Below, piece after piece: positions 50,513-59,917 of a stretch of 64,000 nucleotides of DNA. The notes under the pieces were generated by a model. It was not told the origin of the DNA, ran no database searches, and saw only the letters and a list, made by a program, of their open reading frames with translations. This stretch comes from an uncultured delta proteobacterium (GTDB lineage Bacteria > Desulfobacterota > Desulfobacteria > Desulfobacterales > QNYZ01), in assembly GCA_963845145.1 (NCBI GenBank), contig CAWJQU010000001.1, positions 160,001-224,000 on the forward strand. Reading direction: 5' to 3'. The translations under genes were made by a program, and so were the position numbers. Numbering within the stretch: position 1 is the first letter of the stretch; each line of letters starts with the position of its first letter.

Positions 50513-51322
50513 TCAAAGAAGTTTTTTACTTCTTAATGCATGAATCGCTAAAAAAGTGTTCCATTCAGGTTCAGTTTGACTCCATGTTCCATCACTATTT
50601 TGATTATCGTATAACCATTGAAGGGCCGGTTCAAGTTGTTTATCAGCCTGGGTTAGTTTTAAATGTGCAAGCGCATTCAGGGTCTGATAAAAGGGCAAAT
50701 GGATTCCCCAACTGCCGGCACTACTCTGGAGGTTGGCAAGAAATTCCACCGCTAAGACAGTGGCCCTACAAGTTGAATAATTGGGATGCACCACCATCGC
50801 ACGAAAAATATTATGTGAAGAGGCCTGATCACCCCAATGTCCCCTGTTTTTCTCCCCTATAGCACTTAACCATCGGTATTTAGCCAGGACGGTCTGATTC
50901 TTATCACGACCAAATATACTGGCCAAAAACAAAGCCGCAGCGGCAAGAAACATAACGGGTTGACTTGAGACAAATGGCAATCCCACTAAGGTTGCCTCAG
51001 GGGAAACAGGCCCTCCAAGTAAGTCTTTCTCATTTGTCTGAAGGTTAGTCCTGCTTAAAAGCCAGTCCAGAGCGGCATCTATTCGTGGCTCGCATGATCG
51101 CGCAGTCAGATGTAGGCCAAAAAGATGTTCGATCGTAGCCAATATCGATTGCTGCCAGGACCCATCAGGAAGCTGTTCCGCCATAAGTGAAGATACCGTT
51201 TCATCAAAATCCAATTGCCATTGGTCCGTTTTAGCCTCATCGAGCCACTTTTGCCGGGCATAAAGGCCTACTGGCGTTTTGCTGGAGCGAAATATTCGAT
51301 ACGGATTGTATGAAAGCTTCAT
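50513..51322 (-). CDS. Hypothetical protein with prenyltransferase/squalene cyclase-like QW repeats
   Basis: EQLPDGSW, LQSSAGSW, NQNSDGTW. Confidence 0.7.
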   Translation of the reverse strand: MKLSYNPYRIFRSSKTPVGLYARQKWLDEAKTDQWQLDFDETVSSLMAEQLPDGSWQQSILATIEHLFGLHLTARSCEPRIDAALDWLLSRTNLQTNEKDLLGGPVSPEATLVGLPFVSSQPVMFLAAAALFLASIFGRDKNQTVLAKYRWLSAIGEKNRGHWGDQASSHNIFRAMVVHPNYSTCRATVLAVEFLANLQSSAGSWGIHLPFYQTLNALAHLKLTQADKQLEPALQWLYDNQNSDGTWSQTEPEWNTFLAIHALRSKKLL

Positions 51323-51366
51323 TTGTAACGATCTGGATCGACCACTTTGGAAAACTCAAATATAGA

Positions 51367-51390
51367 GCGCGGATACATCGATATCCGCGC
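51367..51390 (-). terminator. Terminator-like hairpin
   Basis: GCGCGGATA-CATCGA-TATCCGCGC downstream of the gene ending at 51440. Confidence 0.5.
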
Positions 51391-51439
51391 GCTTTTATTG
51401 GCATTTCCGATAGATGTAAATGGTAACCTATTTCAAAGG

Positions 51440-51751
51440 TTAGCCTGGAATGGAAACCGGAGAGGCGCCACCGATATACTCCATCGTCTCTTCGTACTTC
51501 CCTCTCATGTCAATGGTACCCCCTTCGATCTCCTCCTTAATGGGACTCCAATCTGAAGGGCACTCGGTTTTCAATGTTCCTACCCGATCGGACATCTCCT
51601 CAAGCAGCATATGAAGATCTTCGATATTGGGCAATACCTTCTCTTTTTCGGCTGAACCCAGAGTATCGACTTTTCGCATGACGTCATAGAGCTTGGCCTT
51701 CCAGGCAGTCATCTCAGTTTCCAAGCCCTTACAATAATCTTGTACGTCCAT
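51440..51751 (-). CDS. Hypothetical helical protein
   Basis: 103 aa, strong AAGGAG RBS. Confidence 0.8.
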   Translation of the reverse strand: MDVQDYCKGLETEMTAWKAKLYDVMRKVDTLGSAEKEKVLPNIEDLHMLLEEMSDRVGTLKTECPSDWSPIKEEIEGGTIDMRGKYEETMEYIGGASPVSIPG

Positions 51752-51806
51752 GATAATCTCCTTTCGAATTATGGTTTAAGTAACTATTAGGGCAATACAC
51801 AGGGCA

Positions 51807-52043
51807 CTACATACCTCCAACGGCCGGAGATAAGCCTACCCGATCTCCGTCGGTAAGGACACTTTCAAATCCCACTTTTCGGCTATTTACAAAAGCGATC
51901 TTAACAGCCTTTGGAACCATTCCCGCAGATTGAACGAGATCTTTGACTGTTTGGCCAGGGGCCATGTCGTAAACCGTAGCTTCTTTAAAATTACACGTCC
52001 CTGGACCAACAAGCGTTGAGAAACATTTCAAATAAACTTTCAT
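51807..52043 (-). CDS. MoaD/ThiS-family ubiquitin-like protein
   Basis: FVNSR...LTDGDRVGLSPAVGGM. Confidence 0.85.
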   Translation of the reverse strand: MKVYLKCFSTLVGPGTCNFKEATVYDMAPGQTVKDLVQSAGMVPKAVKIAFVNSRKVGFESVLTDGDRVGLSPAVGGM

Positions 52044-52336
52044 GACTCTCTCCTGAGGATATAGCGACTACTATAATTGAACCTCTCATTGCACATTCTT
52101 TACACCGGTCACTTTATGTTTCAGCTGAAATCTATCATATAGTCTAATATACGATCTAAAAAACTCACATTCAATAAACAATATTTAGTAGCAAAATGAG
52201 AGCATAAAACTATTACCGTGCTGGCTTGTCAGAATATAAAACCGGCCTTAAATTACTACTGTATTTACATAAACAGACACCTATTGAAACTACCACTAAC
52301 GCTATAAGGCCCTTAAAAACAGAGGGAGAGCGACTT

Positions 52337-53419
52337 ATGTCCATTTCAAATCTATCAAAAGTTGATGGAACCTTAACCGGCCTATGTATTGGTGATGCAT
52401 TGGCAATGCCGGTTCACTGGTATTACAATCGACAGGCACTAAAGAGGGATTATGGTTGCGTAAGAGACTACTTGGCACCCCGTAACCCACATCCGGACAG
52501 CATTTTGTGGCGTTCAAGTTATACAGCTACCAATCCCAAAGGTAATATTCTACACGATCAAGCCCAATATTGGGGCAAGAAAGGGATCCACTACCACCAG
52601 TTCCTGGAAGCTGGTGAAAACACCCTTAATATTAAAATTTGTCGATTGCTCATTGATTCAATAAACCACTTCGGCGACTATCGCGTGGATGATTTTTTAA
52701 AAAGATATATCGACTTTATGACAACACCCGGAAACCATCGGGACACCTACATTGAGGAATGCCATCGCCATTATTTTTTCAATTATGCGAAAGGGAAATC
52801 TCCCCAAAAGTGCGGTGTCATAGAAAAGCACATCGGTGGCCTGGTGGGTATAATTCCTATTATCGCTTTTTATTCCAACCGTCCTGAAAAGGCGCGTCAG
52901 AAGGCGTTGGCCCATCTGGCATTAACACATCCCGGTTCTAAGATGAAGACCGCCGGGTCTTTAATTATCGACATCTTGCTGAAAGTATTCCATGGCGCCC
53001 ACCTGAAGGCAGTCATCCTGGATAAAATTCAATCCCAACACAATCCATTTCTCGGTTACCCCTTAGTAAAATGGCTTAAAGACCCGGATGAGTCGGTCAT
53101 CGGTCCTCGTCTCAGTTCCGCCTGCTATGTCGAAGATGCCGTTCCGGCGGTTGTTTATCTGGCCCTGAAATACCATGCGAGTCCCGAAAAGGCATTGATC
53201 GCCAATACAAACCTCGGTGGAGATAATGCTGCGCGGGGTGCTATTCTTGGCGCACTGTTAGGGGCCCATCATGGTTTAGAGGCGTTTCCGGATCGTTGGG
53301 TGGAAGAATTATTGAACCCACTGCCAAAATTGTTTCCAACCTCGACGATCGTTAAACTTAACCATAGAAAAATTAAAAATAGGTACCCCGAGATAAATGA
53401 AGAGCCTTTCTATTCATGA
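52337..53419 (+). CDS. ADP-ribosylglycohydrolase family protein
   Basis: IGDALAMPVHWYY, LTHP, SACY, NTNLGGDNAARGAILGALLGA. GGAG RBS before ATG 52337. Confidence 0.88.
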   Translation: MSISNLSKVDGTLTGLCIGDALAMPVHWYYNRQALKRDYGCVRDYLAPRNPHPDSILWRSSYTATNPKGNILHDQAQYWGKKGIHYHQFLEAGENTLNIKICRLLIDSINHFGDYRVDDFLKRYIDFMTTPGNHRDTYIEECHRHYFFNYAKGKSPQKCGVIEKHIGGLVGIIPIIAFYSNRPEKARQKALAHLALTHPGSKMKTAGSLIIDILLKVFHGAHLKAVILDKIQSQHNPFLGYPLVKWLKDPDESVIGPRLSSACYVEDAVPAVVYLALKYHASPEKALIANTNLGGDNAARGAILGALLGAHHGLEAFPDRWVEELLNPLPKLFPTSTIVKLNHRKIKNRYPEINEEPFYS

Positions 53420-53569
53420 TGGCCTTATTTTTATATTGCCAGCATATCTACCGGCCACATCTTCTCCAAAGCAATCTTCGTTTTTATCCACAGCCGTGGC
53501 GGCAAGGTCCTTTTTACCATCGATTGGACAAAGAATACTTTCTCCGTTGGAGTTCTTTAGCAGTATGTA

Positions 53570-54199
53570 TTATTCTCTTTTCTCGCCATTTTCTATGCCT
53601 CCATATGAAAATTGATTCGTCATTGATGGGTGTAAAGAGTTATCATCTCCCCCCAATCCGATATTTGGTGGCGTGTGATTTACCCATATCAATTTTTCAG
53701 TTTCGAATCCCAATTGGCTGGCCTTTGCAACCAACCTTGAATAGACTTTTTTATCTAAGGATTTATCTCTTGACAAAATCCAGAGATACGAACGATTCGG
53801 GCCTGCGACCATGGCATACTTATACCCTCGCTGGTCTAAATCGATAATATGGTACCCACTGTAAAACGGCCCAAAAAACGAAACTTTCAAACTTCCGACG
53901 GTACTACGATCTAAAAGGCGAGCTTTCCCCTTAATTTTTTTCCACTCCCCGGTTTTTAAATTTAACCCTTTGTTTATTACGCGAATGGTTTTATCATTTA
54001 TTCGCTCGTATTTTGCGCTGACATGATGTAAATCACGCTCGAACGAATGGTCGAGTCGTGCGATTTCGTACCATTCTCCCAGGTAACGATCGAGATCAAA
54101 ATCGGTCACGGATTTCAAGCCTTTGGGCAGGCTGGTACAACCAAACATAATCATTACCGTCGCCAACAAAAAAAACCGAAAGTTTATAAGACATGCCAT
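53570..54199 (-). CDS. blc: Outer-membrane lipoprotein lipocalin Blc
   Basis: Lipobox-like MFGC, RYLGEWYEIARLDHSFE, LKVSFFGPFY, YLWILSR. Confidence 0.9.
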   Translation of the reverse strand: MACLINFRFFLLATVMIMFGCTSLPKGLKSVTDFDLDRYLGEWYEIARLDHSFERDLHHVSAKYERINDKTIRVINKGLNLKTGEWKKIKGKARLLDRSTVGSLKVSFFGPFYSGYHIIDLDQRGYKYAMVAGPNRSYLWILSRDKSLDKKVYSRLVAKASQLGFETEKLIWVNHTPPNIGLGGDDNSLHPSMTNQFSYGGIENGEKRE

Positions 54200-54227
54200 C
54201 GCTCATTTTTTTAAAGTGGGTCATTGA

Positions 54228-55445
54228 TTATTTTTTTCTTCCCCAAACCGCATAAACCGGATCTGAAAATAATAACTCCGGAAAATATTTATCAGCGTAA
54301 GGCCGGGGAAGCCCACGAATGGAGTAGGTGTGAAAATCAAAAAAATCAGCTGTCCGTAAAAAATACTCCAAAACCAGCCCCATCCGCTCGAATTCGTGCA
54401 ACTCGGACCAAATCTTGATGGCTTTGGTTGGAAACCATCGATTTGAAAATGTAACAATAAAGTAACCATTGGGCCGCAATACGCGCGCAACTTCTTCGAA
54501 TAAGGTTACCGGATCAGCCAAGTATTCTATTGAGGCTGTGTTGATGACAGCATCAAACATATCGGGGTCAAAAGGAAGCGAGGGGTCGGCATTCAAATCA
54601 TGAACCTTGAAATCATTCAAGAGCGAATTTCTATTCATCTCCTTTTCATTTAAACCGAGCCCGATCAATGGGTCCAAATGGAGACGCTCGGGAAGATGCG
54701 ACTCCCAACTGCTCATCAGGTCAAGGACACACATGCCGTCTGTTAAAAACCGTGCATAGGTATTTTGGACCATCTCCCTGGCCGTGGCATCCAGGTGGTG
54801 GATAAAACGGGGTTCCTGGTAAAAATGGGTATCCGGGCGGCTATCTTCCCGGCTAAAATAACCATCCAAAAAGAAATCCGTTTGCAAGCGGCGCCAACGA
54901 GCCTGCATCCCCGGGCCTGATGTTAACGCATCCATCCAGTCAATACTTGCTCCCCCTCTTTCCGACTCTTTTCTATCGACACTGGCCACGACAGCGGAAA
55001 GTTTTGATTCAATTTCGGCAAGGGGGTGATTAAAATCGACTTTCATGTGCCCATTGGACAGACCGACACACCGAAAGGGCTGAATATTGGTACTGTAAAT
55101 ATTACTCAGTCCCTTTAGCCTCCCTTTAGGATAAAAACGCCCCACACTCGGATCGCAAACGGCCCTATCCAAACCTTGGCGGTCAAACTGCTGGGCCCCA
55201 AGGGTAAAAATATCCTGTTCTGCAAATACCGGAATTACATTACCGTTGTTAGCAGGTAATTCAATACGATCCCCGACGGTCTTATTTATAATAGTGCTCA
55301 TCAATTCAGACGGAATCAGATCACGCCAGATATTAACCTGTCGGGCGTGGTAACAGTCCGTATGATCGGCCACATCAGATTTCCATTTCAGGTGGAATAT
55401 CAGATCAGCCAAGCTGTCAGGTGTAATTTGCCTCGTCTCCGCCAT
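54228..55445 (-). CDS. SlyD/FKBP-like N-terminal domain fused to a class I SAM methyltransferase
   Basis: VDFNHPLA; then FYQEPRFIHHLD, VLDLMSSWESHLP, RVLRPNG, FSNRWFPTK. Confidence 0.82.
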   Translation of the reverse strand: MAETRQITPDSLADLIFHLKWKSDVADHTDCYHARQVNIWRDLIPSELMSTIINKTVGDRIELPANNGNVIPVFAEQDIFTLGAQQFDRQGLDRAVCDPSVGRFYPKGRLKGLSNIYSTNIQPFRCVGLSNGHMKVDFNHPLAEIESKLSAVVASVDRKESERGGASIDWMDALTSGPGMQARWRRLQTDFFLDGYFSREDSRPDTHFYQEPRFIHHLDATAREMVQNTYARFLTDGMCVLDLMSSWESHLPERLHLDPLIGLGLNEKEMNRNSLLNDFKVHDLNADPSLPFDPDMFDAVINTASIEYLADPVTLFEEVARVLRPNGYFIVTFSNRWFPTKAIKIWSELHEFERMGLVLEYFLRTADFFDFHTYSIRGLPRPYADKYFPELLFSDPVYAVWGRKK

Positions 55446-55592
55446 GATAGGTCTTCCTTTCCACTTAATGATGCCCATTAATCAACTGCAAGATAAAACC
55501 AAATTGCTTTTGTTAATTATAAAAATAAGTACAACGCACAACGTCACAATGGGAAACGATTGGGCGTTAATTGACAGGTAAAACCTATTGTT

Positions 55593-56495
55593 TTAGGCGA
55601 TGGAGAGCAGATATGATCGCAAATTCGTTCGTTGATTGGTAAGACCGAATTTGGCACGAAGGTTTTTACGGTGAAAATTGATCGTGGTTTCAGACACGTT
55701 CAAGATATTGGCGATTTCCTTGCTGGATTTTCCATCCTTAACCAGCCCGGCGACCTGCATTTCCTGGGGTGTCAGGATGAGTTTAGCGTTGGCAAGGCTT
55801 TGTAACAGGGGGGAGATCACGTCGTTTAAGTGGGTATCGATAATCTCGACCAAGGTTTTGTCCTTGGGCTTAAGATGAGCATTTTTTAATTTATCAACAT
55901 AAGGTAAAACAAGGTCCTTGACATTGGTTAATACTTTTTTTTCTAGCTCTTGCTTGTCCACCTCACGTTGCTTAATCAGCACTTTTAAGGCGATATTGGC
56001 TTCTTCCAGACTCTGTTTTTGTTCGATAATTTCCTTTTGACTCTTTTTTAACGCCTCTTCGGACAATTTTAGCGCAGTGATTTCCTCATGGCTGACAACC
56101 ACCCGAACGGGATCGGGGCCAGCCATGCGAATAGCGCGCATATAGTACCAGTGTTGGCTATGTTCTGTGTGACAGGGGTAATCGTACAAGAACTCAGATA
56201 GGCGACCTTCCACCACTGCACGAATTCCCTCGGCGACTTTGACCGCATCATCAACTTCCTGGCCTTTAACCCTATCGCATACCCCAAGATAATTGGTTCC
56301 AGTCATCTCATAGGATCGCGGTAAATCGCCTTGATCAGCATACCGACGCCAGGCATCATTCACTTCTAGTATAACACCTTGATCGTCAATGATCGCGATA
56401 TGCGCCGACAATGAATTGAGTACCGTTCGAGCCAGCTCATCCGAGAAACTAAACGGTTTATCCAAGGCGCTGTTTGTAGTATTTTTACCCTTCAA
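55593..56495 (-). CDS. PAS plus LuxR-type HTH transcriptional regulator
   Basis: LNSLSAHIAIID...VNDAW; LTPQEMQVA...GKSSKEIANIL...FHRKNLRAK. Confidence 0.9.
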   Translation of the reverse strand: MKGKNTTNSALDKPFSFSDELARTVLNSLSAHIAIIDDQGVILEVNDAWRRYADQGDLPRSYEMTGTNYLGVCDRVKGQEVDDAVKVAEGIRAVVEGRLSEFLYDYPCHTEHSQHWYYMRAIRMAGPDPVRVVVSHEEITALKLSEEALKKSQKEIIEQKQSLEEANIALKVLIKQREVDKQELEKKVLTNVKDLVLPYVDKLKNAHLKPKDKTLVEIIDTHLNDVISPLLQSLANAKLILTPQEMQVAGLVKDGKSSKEIANILNVSETTINFHRKNLRAKFGLTNQRTNLRSYLLSIA

Positions 56496-56781
56496 AAGAG
56501 CGGATTCCTGATCTTTGCTTGAAATGAGGTGTTAATATATTCTTACCGCATCTTCCCTGAAATTTCAAACGAAATACGGTTTGAAAGGCAAGTATCTTTT
56601 AGAAGGACCACACCATTGATTTTTCTTCATGGCATTGTTAAATTTTTGGGGGAGCCTTAAAAGTAATTCATTTATGTCTTAAGCGAATCAAAATATTTTC
56701 TGATGGTGCTTCCATAGTACTATTTAGCATCGTAACGGAGGGTAACGGCATACCGTTTCATGCGTCGGTGGCGAGTGCCAA

Positions 56782-56899
56782 GGGGGGGGGTGATTATGAA
56801 GTCTATGCCGATGGGAACTACCACCTTACCAAGTCCTTGCTGGAGATGAATGACTGGCTAAACCATCAGCGGATGTCATCATCAAAGCAGAAGAGGTAG
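56782..56899 (+). repeat. 99-bp exact direct repeat, copy 2, plus a diverged tail (orphan 3' end of the HAO-like gene)
   Basis: 56782-56880 equals 47902-48000; continues to SSSKQKR* versus SSSKDKK*. Confidence 0.92.
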
Positions 56900-57035
56900 T
56901 CTTCGGCGTTTTTTAAAAAATGAAAATTCAAGACGGACTGACATGTGATATCAAAGGTTTATAAACTTGATTAAATATCAGATTTCAGGTCAGATTCTTA
57001 AGATCATTGGTACCTCATCTAACGCCTGGGCAAAA

Positions 57036-57248
57036 TTACCCTCGCCACAACGTCCATCTCACATCGTTCTTATTCGTACTATGAGAGAACTTTGATTTAC
57101 ATGTTAGGCAGAGGTAATCCTGTTCCTCAAATCTGCCGGGAGTTACCCCTTTAAAAATGCGCGGATTATCCACTTTTATTAAATTTTCATGAGGCTTACC
57201 AGTATTGATTTTCTTTGATTGATCCTCACACAGAACGCACATTTCCAT
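57036..57248 (-). CDS. Small putative zinc-binding protein (CxxC...CxxC)
   Basis: MEMCVLC...YLCLTC; GGAGAG RBS before ATG 57248. Confidence 0.7.
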   Translation of the reverse strand: MEMCVLCEDQSKKINTGKPHENLIKVDNPRIFKGVTPGRFEEQDYLCLTCKSKFSHSTNKNDVRWTLWRG

Positions 57249-58326
57249 CGCGTATCTCTCCATCTGATTCAAATTGCTTTTTAATGAAAGGGGAAGTCAT
57301 TGCTGATAGGAGGCAACCATAATCCAGATTAAAACTGACCTCATCCCCAACCTGTAAGTTTTTGTTTTTACTGTTGAGAATGATATGATCACTACTAGAC
57401 CCCAATATTTCTACCCTGTTATTCGATTTCAAGCCGGATACCAAGATATCCTGCTTCCCCAAAGCAACAATCACCCTCTGGTGAATTCCCTGGTCTTGGA
57501 AAACGGGAACATTTCCAAAAGCATCTTGACCGATCTCACCAAATGGAAGAGATGGCTTTTTCTTGGACTCAATAACTTCAGCAACGAGCTGAAAAGCACC
57601 CGTGTGCAACCCTGGGATTGTTTTTCGGTTCACCGTTTCAAGGCCCAAAAGGATTGATTCCCCCAGGCGAAGATTGTTAATTTTTCCGACATCTTTGGTA
57701 GATTTATACCACTCATAATTTGCCGAATTACCACCCGAAATAATTGTTAAACCAAGATGAAATTTTTTTTCTATGATATCAGATAGTTTAGATAGTTCAT
57801 GCATGTTTTTATCAGCAGGTTTTACGCCACCGTAACAAGCCAAATTGCATCCAATACCAACAATTTTTATATGGGATAAAGAAATGGTCTGCCGGATAAA
57901 TTCAGACAAATCGATAGGAAGTACACCTTCACGTAAATCGCCCAGCTCAACCATCACAATTACCTGATGGTTTTTGTTACAGGCTTTTGCATAATATGAT
58001 AGTTTTTTAAGTGTATCAAGCTCAGTGTTTAAGCTAATGTCCGCACTTCGAACCACGGATTCCGCCTGACTTAATGGTGTTCTCAATAGAACAAACTGAG
58101 TTGATATCCCCGCCGCTTTCATCTTTTCAATGTTTTCAATGCGAGAGTCGGCAATAAATTCGACACCGCCATTAATCATGGCCTTGACAATAGAAGGTTC
58201 TCCAAGCACCGCTTTGGAAACTCCCATTATGGAAATACCTTTTTGCCCATAAAGTTCGGATAGCATTCGGGCATTATCCCGTATTTGAGGCAATGATATT
58301 TCTATCCTGGGCAAGAATGTTTTCAT
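57226..58326 (-). CDS. Alanine/ornithine racemase-family PLP-dependent enzyme
   Basis: GVSK (PLP Lys), ADSRIEN, MVELGDLREG, NLAC, SGGNS, LRLGE, GSSSDH. Confidence 0.9.
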   Translation of the reverse strand: MKTFLPRIEISLPQIRDNARMLSELYGQKGISIMGVSKAVLGEPSIVKAMINGGVEFIADSRIENIEKMKAAGISTQFVLLRTPLSQAESVVRSADISLNTELDTLKKLSYYAKACNKNHQVIVMVELGDLREGVLPIDLSEFIRQTISLSHIKIVGIGCNLACYGGVKPADKNMHELSKLSDIIEKKFHLGLTIISGGNSANYEWYKSTKDVGKINNLRLGESILLGLETVNRKTIPGLHTGAFQLVAEVIESKKKPSLPFGEIGQDAFGNVPVFQDQGIHQRVIVALGKQDILVSGLKSNNRVEILGSSSDHIILNSKNKNLQVGDEVSFNLDYGCLLSAMTSPFIKKQFESDGEIRDGNVRSV

Positions 58327-58351
58327 TATTTATTTCTAATGGTTACAGCTC

Positions 58352-59470
58352 TTACGCTGCCATTGCAGGGACTCTTTCTAATCTCTTCTGCTTGAGTGTT
58401 TGTCTCAGTTTTGGAAAATGATTGCTTAAGGCTTGAACGAGTTTTTGACATCCATCGCTCAGTACATCCGTGGTCGCTAATTGAAACTTATATTCATAAT
58501 TTGCTATGATGCCCTGAATTTCTTTGTCTGAAATATCTTCATGGCTTAATGCAATAGCCATTACTTTCGCTTGAGAAATCGCTTCGATCAGTTTAATTTC
58601 GCTCTCAACAGTAGGCATCTTTAAATTTGGAAAATCACACCGTGATTTCCTAGCGGGTGGATGTTGGAGGATAACGCCATCGGGCTTGCTACCTTTCAAT
58701 ATACCGAGAGAGCCCATAAATGCCGGATGACTGACGGCACTCTGCCCCTCCACTAAAATGATGTCGGGGTTTTCGTTATGGAACGCTTGAACAACAGCAT
58801 TTTCTATTTCACCGACTACAAACTGGGAAACAAGCGCATCGATCGCTACGCCATACATAGCCCCCTGCATCAATCCACTTTGACCAGTCGCAACCAATAC
58901 CGAATTTATTCCGAGACTGTTCAAGGCGTTGTTGAGTTCAACCGCGGTAGTTCTTTTCCCGCAAGCACAATCGGTACCTAATACGGCGACCACAGGAGCC
59001 GTTACTTCCGATCTTTTTCCCGTGAATACATGCAAATCTCTTAATTTCGGCGGCTTTCTGATATCTTTTATCTGGACTGCGTTGCGGACAGCCGTATCGA
59101 CAAACTCTTGATCTTCAGAAAAGAACTGATGCAAGCCGTTAATGATATCCATTCCATTTCCCATCGCCTCTAAGATCAAATTCCTTTCTTCTATTGATAT
59201 AGATGCTTCTAAAGGAGCCTTCCCATATATATAACAATCCGGGATCTCAGAAAGTTTACTCAACGCATTCTTTAAATTGGCAAAAATGGGGATACCATTT
59301 TTTTCTTCACCTAATTCTTCCCCGGCATCCTTTCCGGCTAAAGAACTATCAATAACGCCTACAACGGTATAGGTTTCAGAGTGCCTAACTAGCCCTGAAG
59401 CCGTTTTCCCGTCAACTAGGCCAAATTGATTTTCACAATAAACCAAGGCCGTCTCATTCATGATCTCCAT
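58352..59470 (-). CDS. DUF1611 P-loop protein (DgcN/NAD-dependent epimerase-associated family)
   Basis: DGKTASGLVR, NGLH, GTDCACGKRTT, TGQSG, VEGQSAVSHP. AAGGAG RBS. Confidence 0.9.
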   Translation of the reverse strand: MEIMNETALVYCENQFGLVDGKTASGLVRHSETYTVVGVIDSSLAGKDAGEELGEEKNGIPIFANLKNALSKLSEIPDCYIYGKAPLEASISIEERNLILEAMGNGMDIINGLHQFFSEDQEFVDTAVRNAVQIKDIRKPPKLRDLHVFTGKRSEVTAPVVAVLGTDCACGKRTTAVELNNALNSLGINSVLVATGQSGLMQGAMYGVAIDALVSQFVVGEIENAVVQAFHNENPDIILVEGQSAVSHPAFMGSLGILKGSKPDGVILQHPPARKSRCDFPNLKMPTVESEIKLIEAISQAKVMAIALSHEDISDKEIQGIIANYEYKFQLATTDVLSDGCQKLVQALSNHFPKLRQTLKQKRLERVPAMAA

Positions 59471-59479
59471 TTTCTTATC

Positions 59480-59700
59480 TCCTTATGTTGCATATCATAA
59501 ATTTGAGAAGCTTTTAGAACGAAAAAGACTTCTCTAGGTGTAAGGTATCAATTATATTCTAATAGTTTCGAATGGGTATTATTCCCATTGCGTCCAGGCG
59601 TGTTCGAAACCAGTCGTTCATCGTATCCGGGTAGCTATCCGAAAAAACCAACATAGGACAAATCGGTGCAAAGCACCACCAATTATTCAGGCTTCCACTT
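59480..59700 (-). promoter_or_regulatory. Candidate structured 5' leader with a possible 31-aa leader ORF (59559-59654)
   Basis: Hairpins at about 59626-59643, 59571-59589 and 59505-59534; uORF MLVFSDSYPDTMNDWFRTRLDAMGIIPIRNY. Confidence 0.4.
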
Positions 59701-59917
59701 GGTTAATCATTGTAAATAGGATTGAAAAATTGACAACAACTAGCGCCCGCTCATACCGCGGCGCAAGGGAGGTATCGGTCAGAAGAACGATATCGATTTA
59801 TTTGGATCGTTCATCATGTGACCTTTTTGCTATTTATAAGATAGCGCCACCTTTATTGGGTCTGTCTTGCGTTTTTATGTCACTTCACGGTGCTGTTCGG
59901 CGATATTCGCCATTCTT

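Noticed and set aside
53416..53847. 143-aa plus-strand ORF
   Set aside because: Overlaps blc on the opposite strand and has no motif support.
47902..56899. Diversity-generating retroelement VR/TR pair
   Set aside because: The core is identical, the tail mismatches are not adenine-specific, and no reverse transcriptase is present.
59480..59700. Known riboswitch (c-di-AMP, glycine, lysine, SAM)
   Set aside because: Apart from a short CTGAAT, the hallmark conserved motifs were not found by eye.
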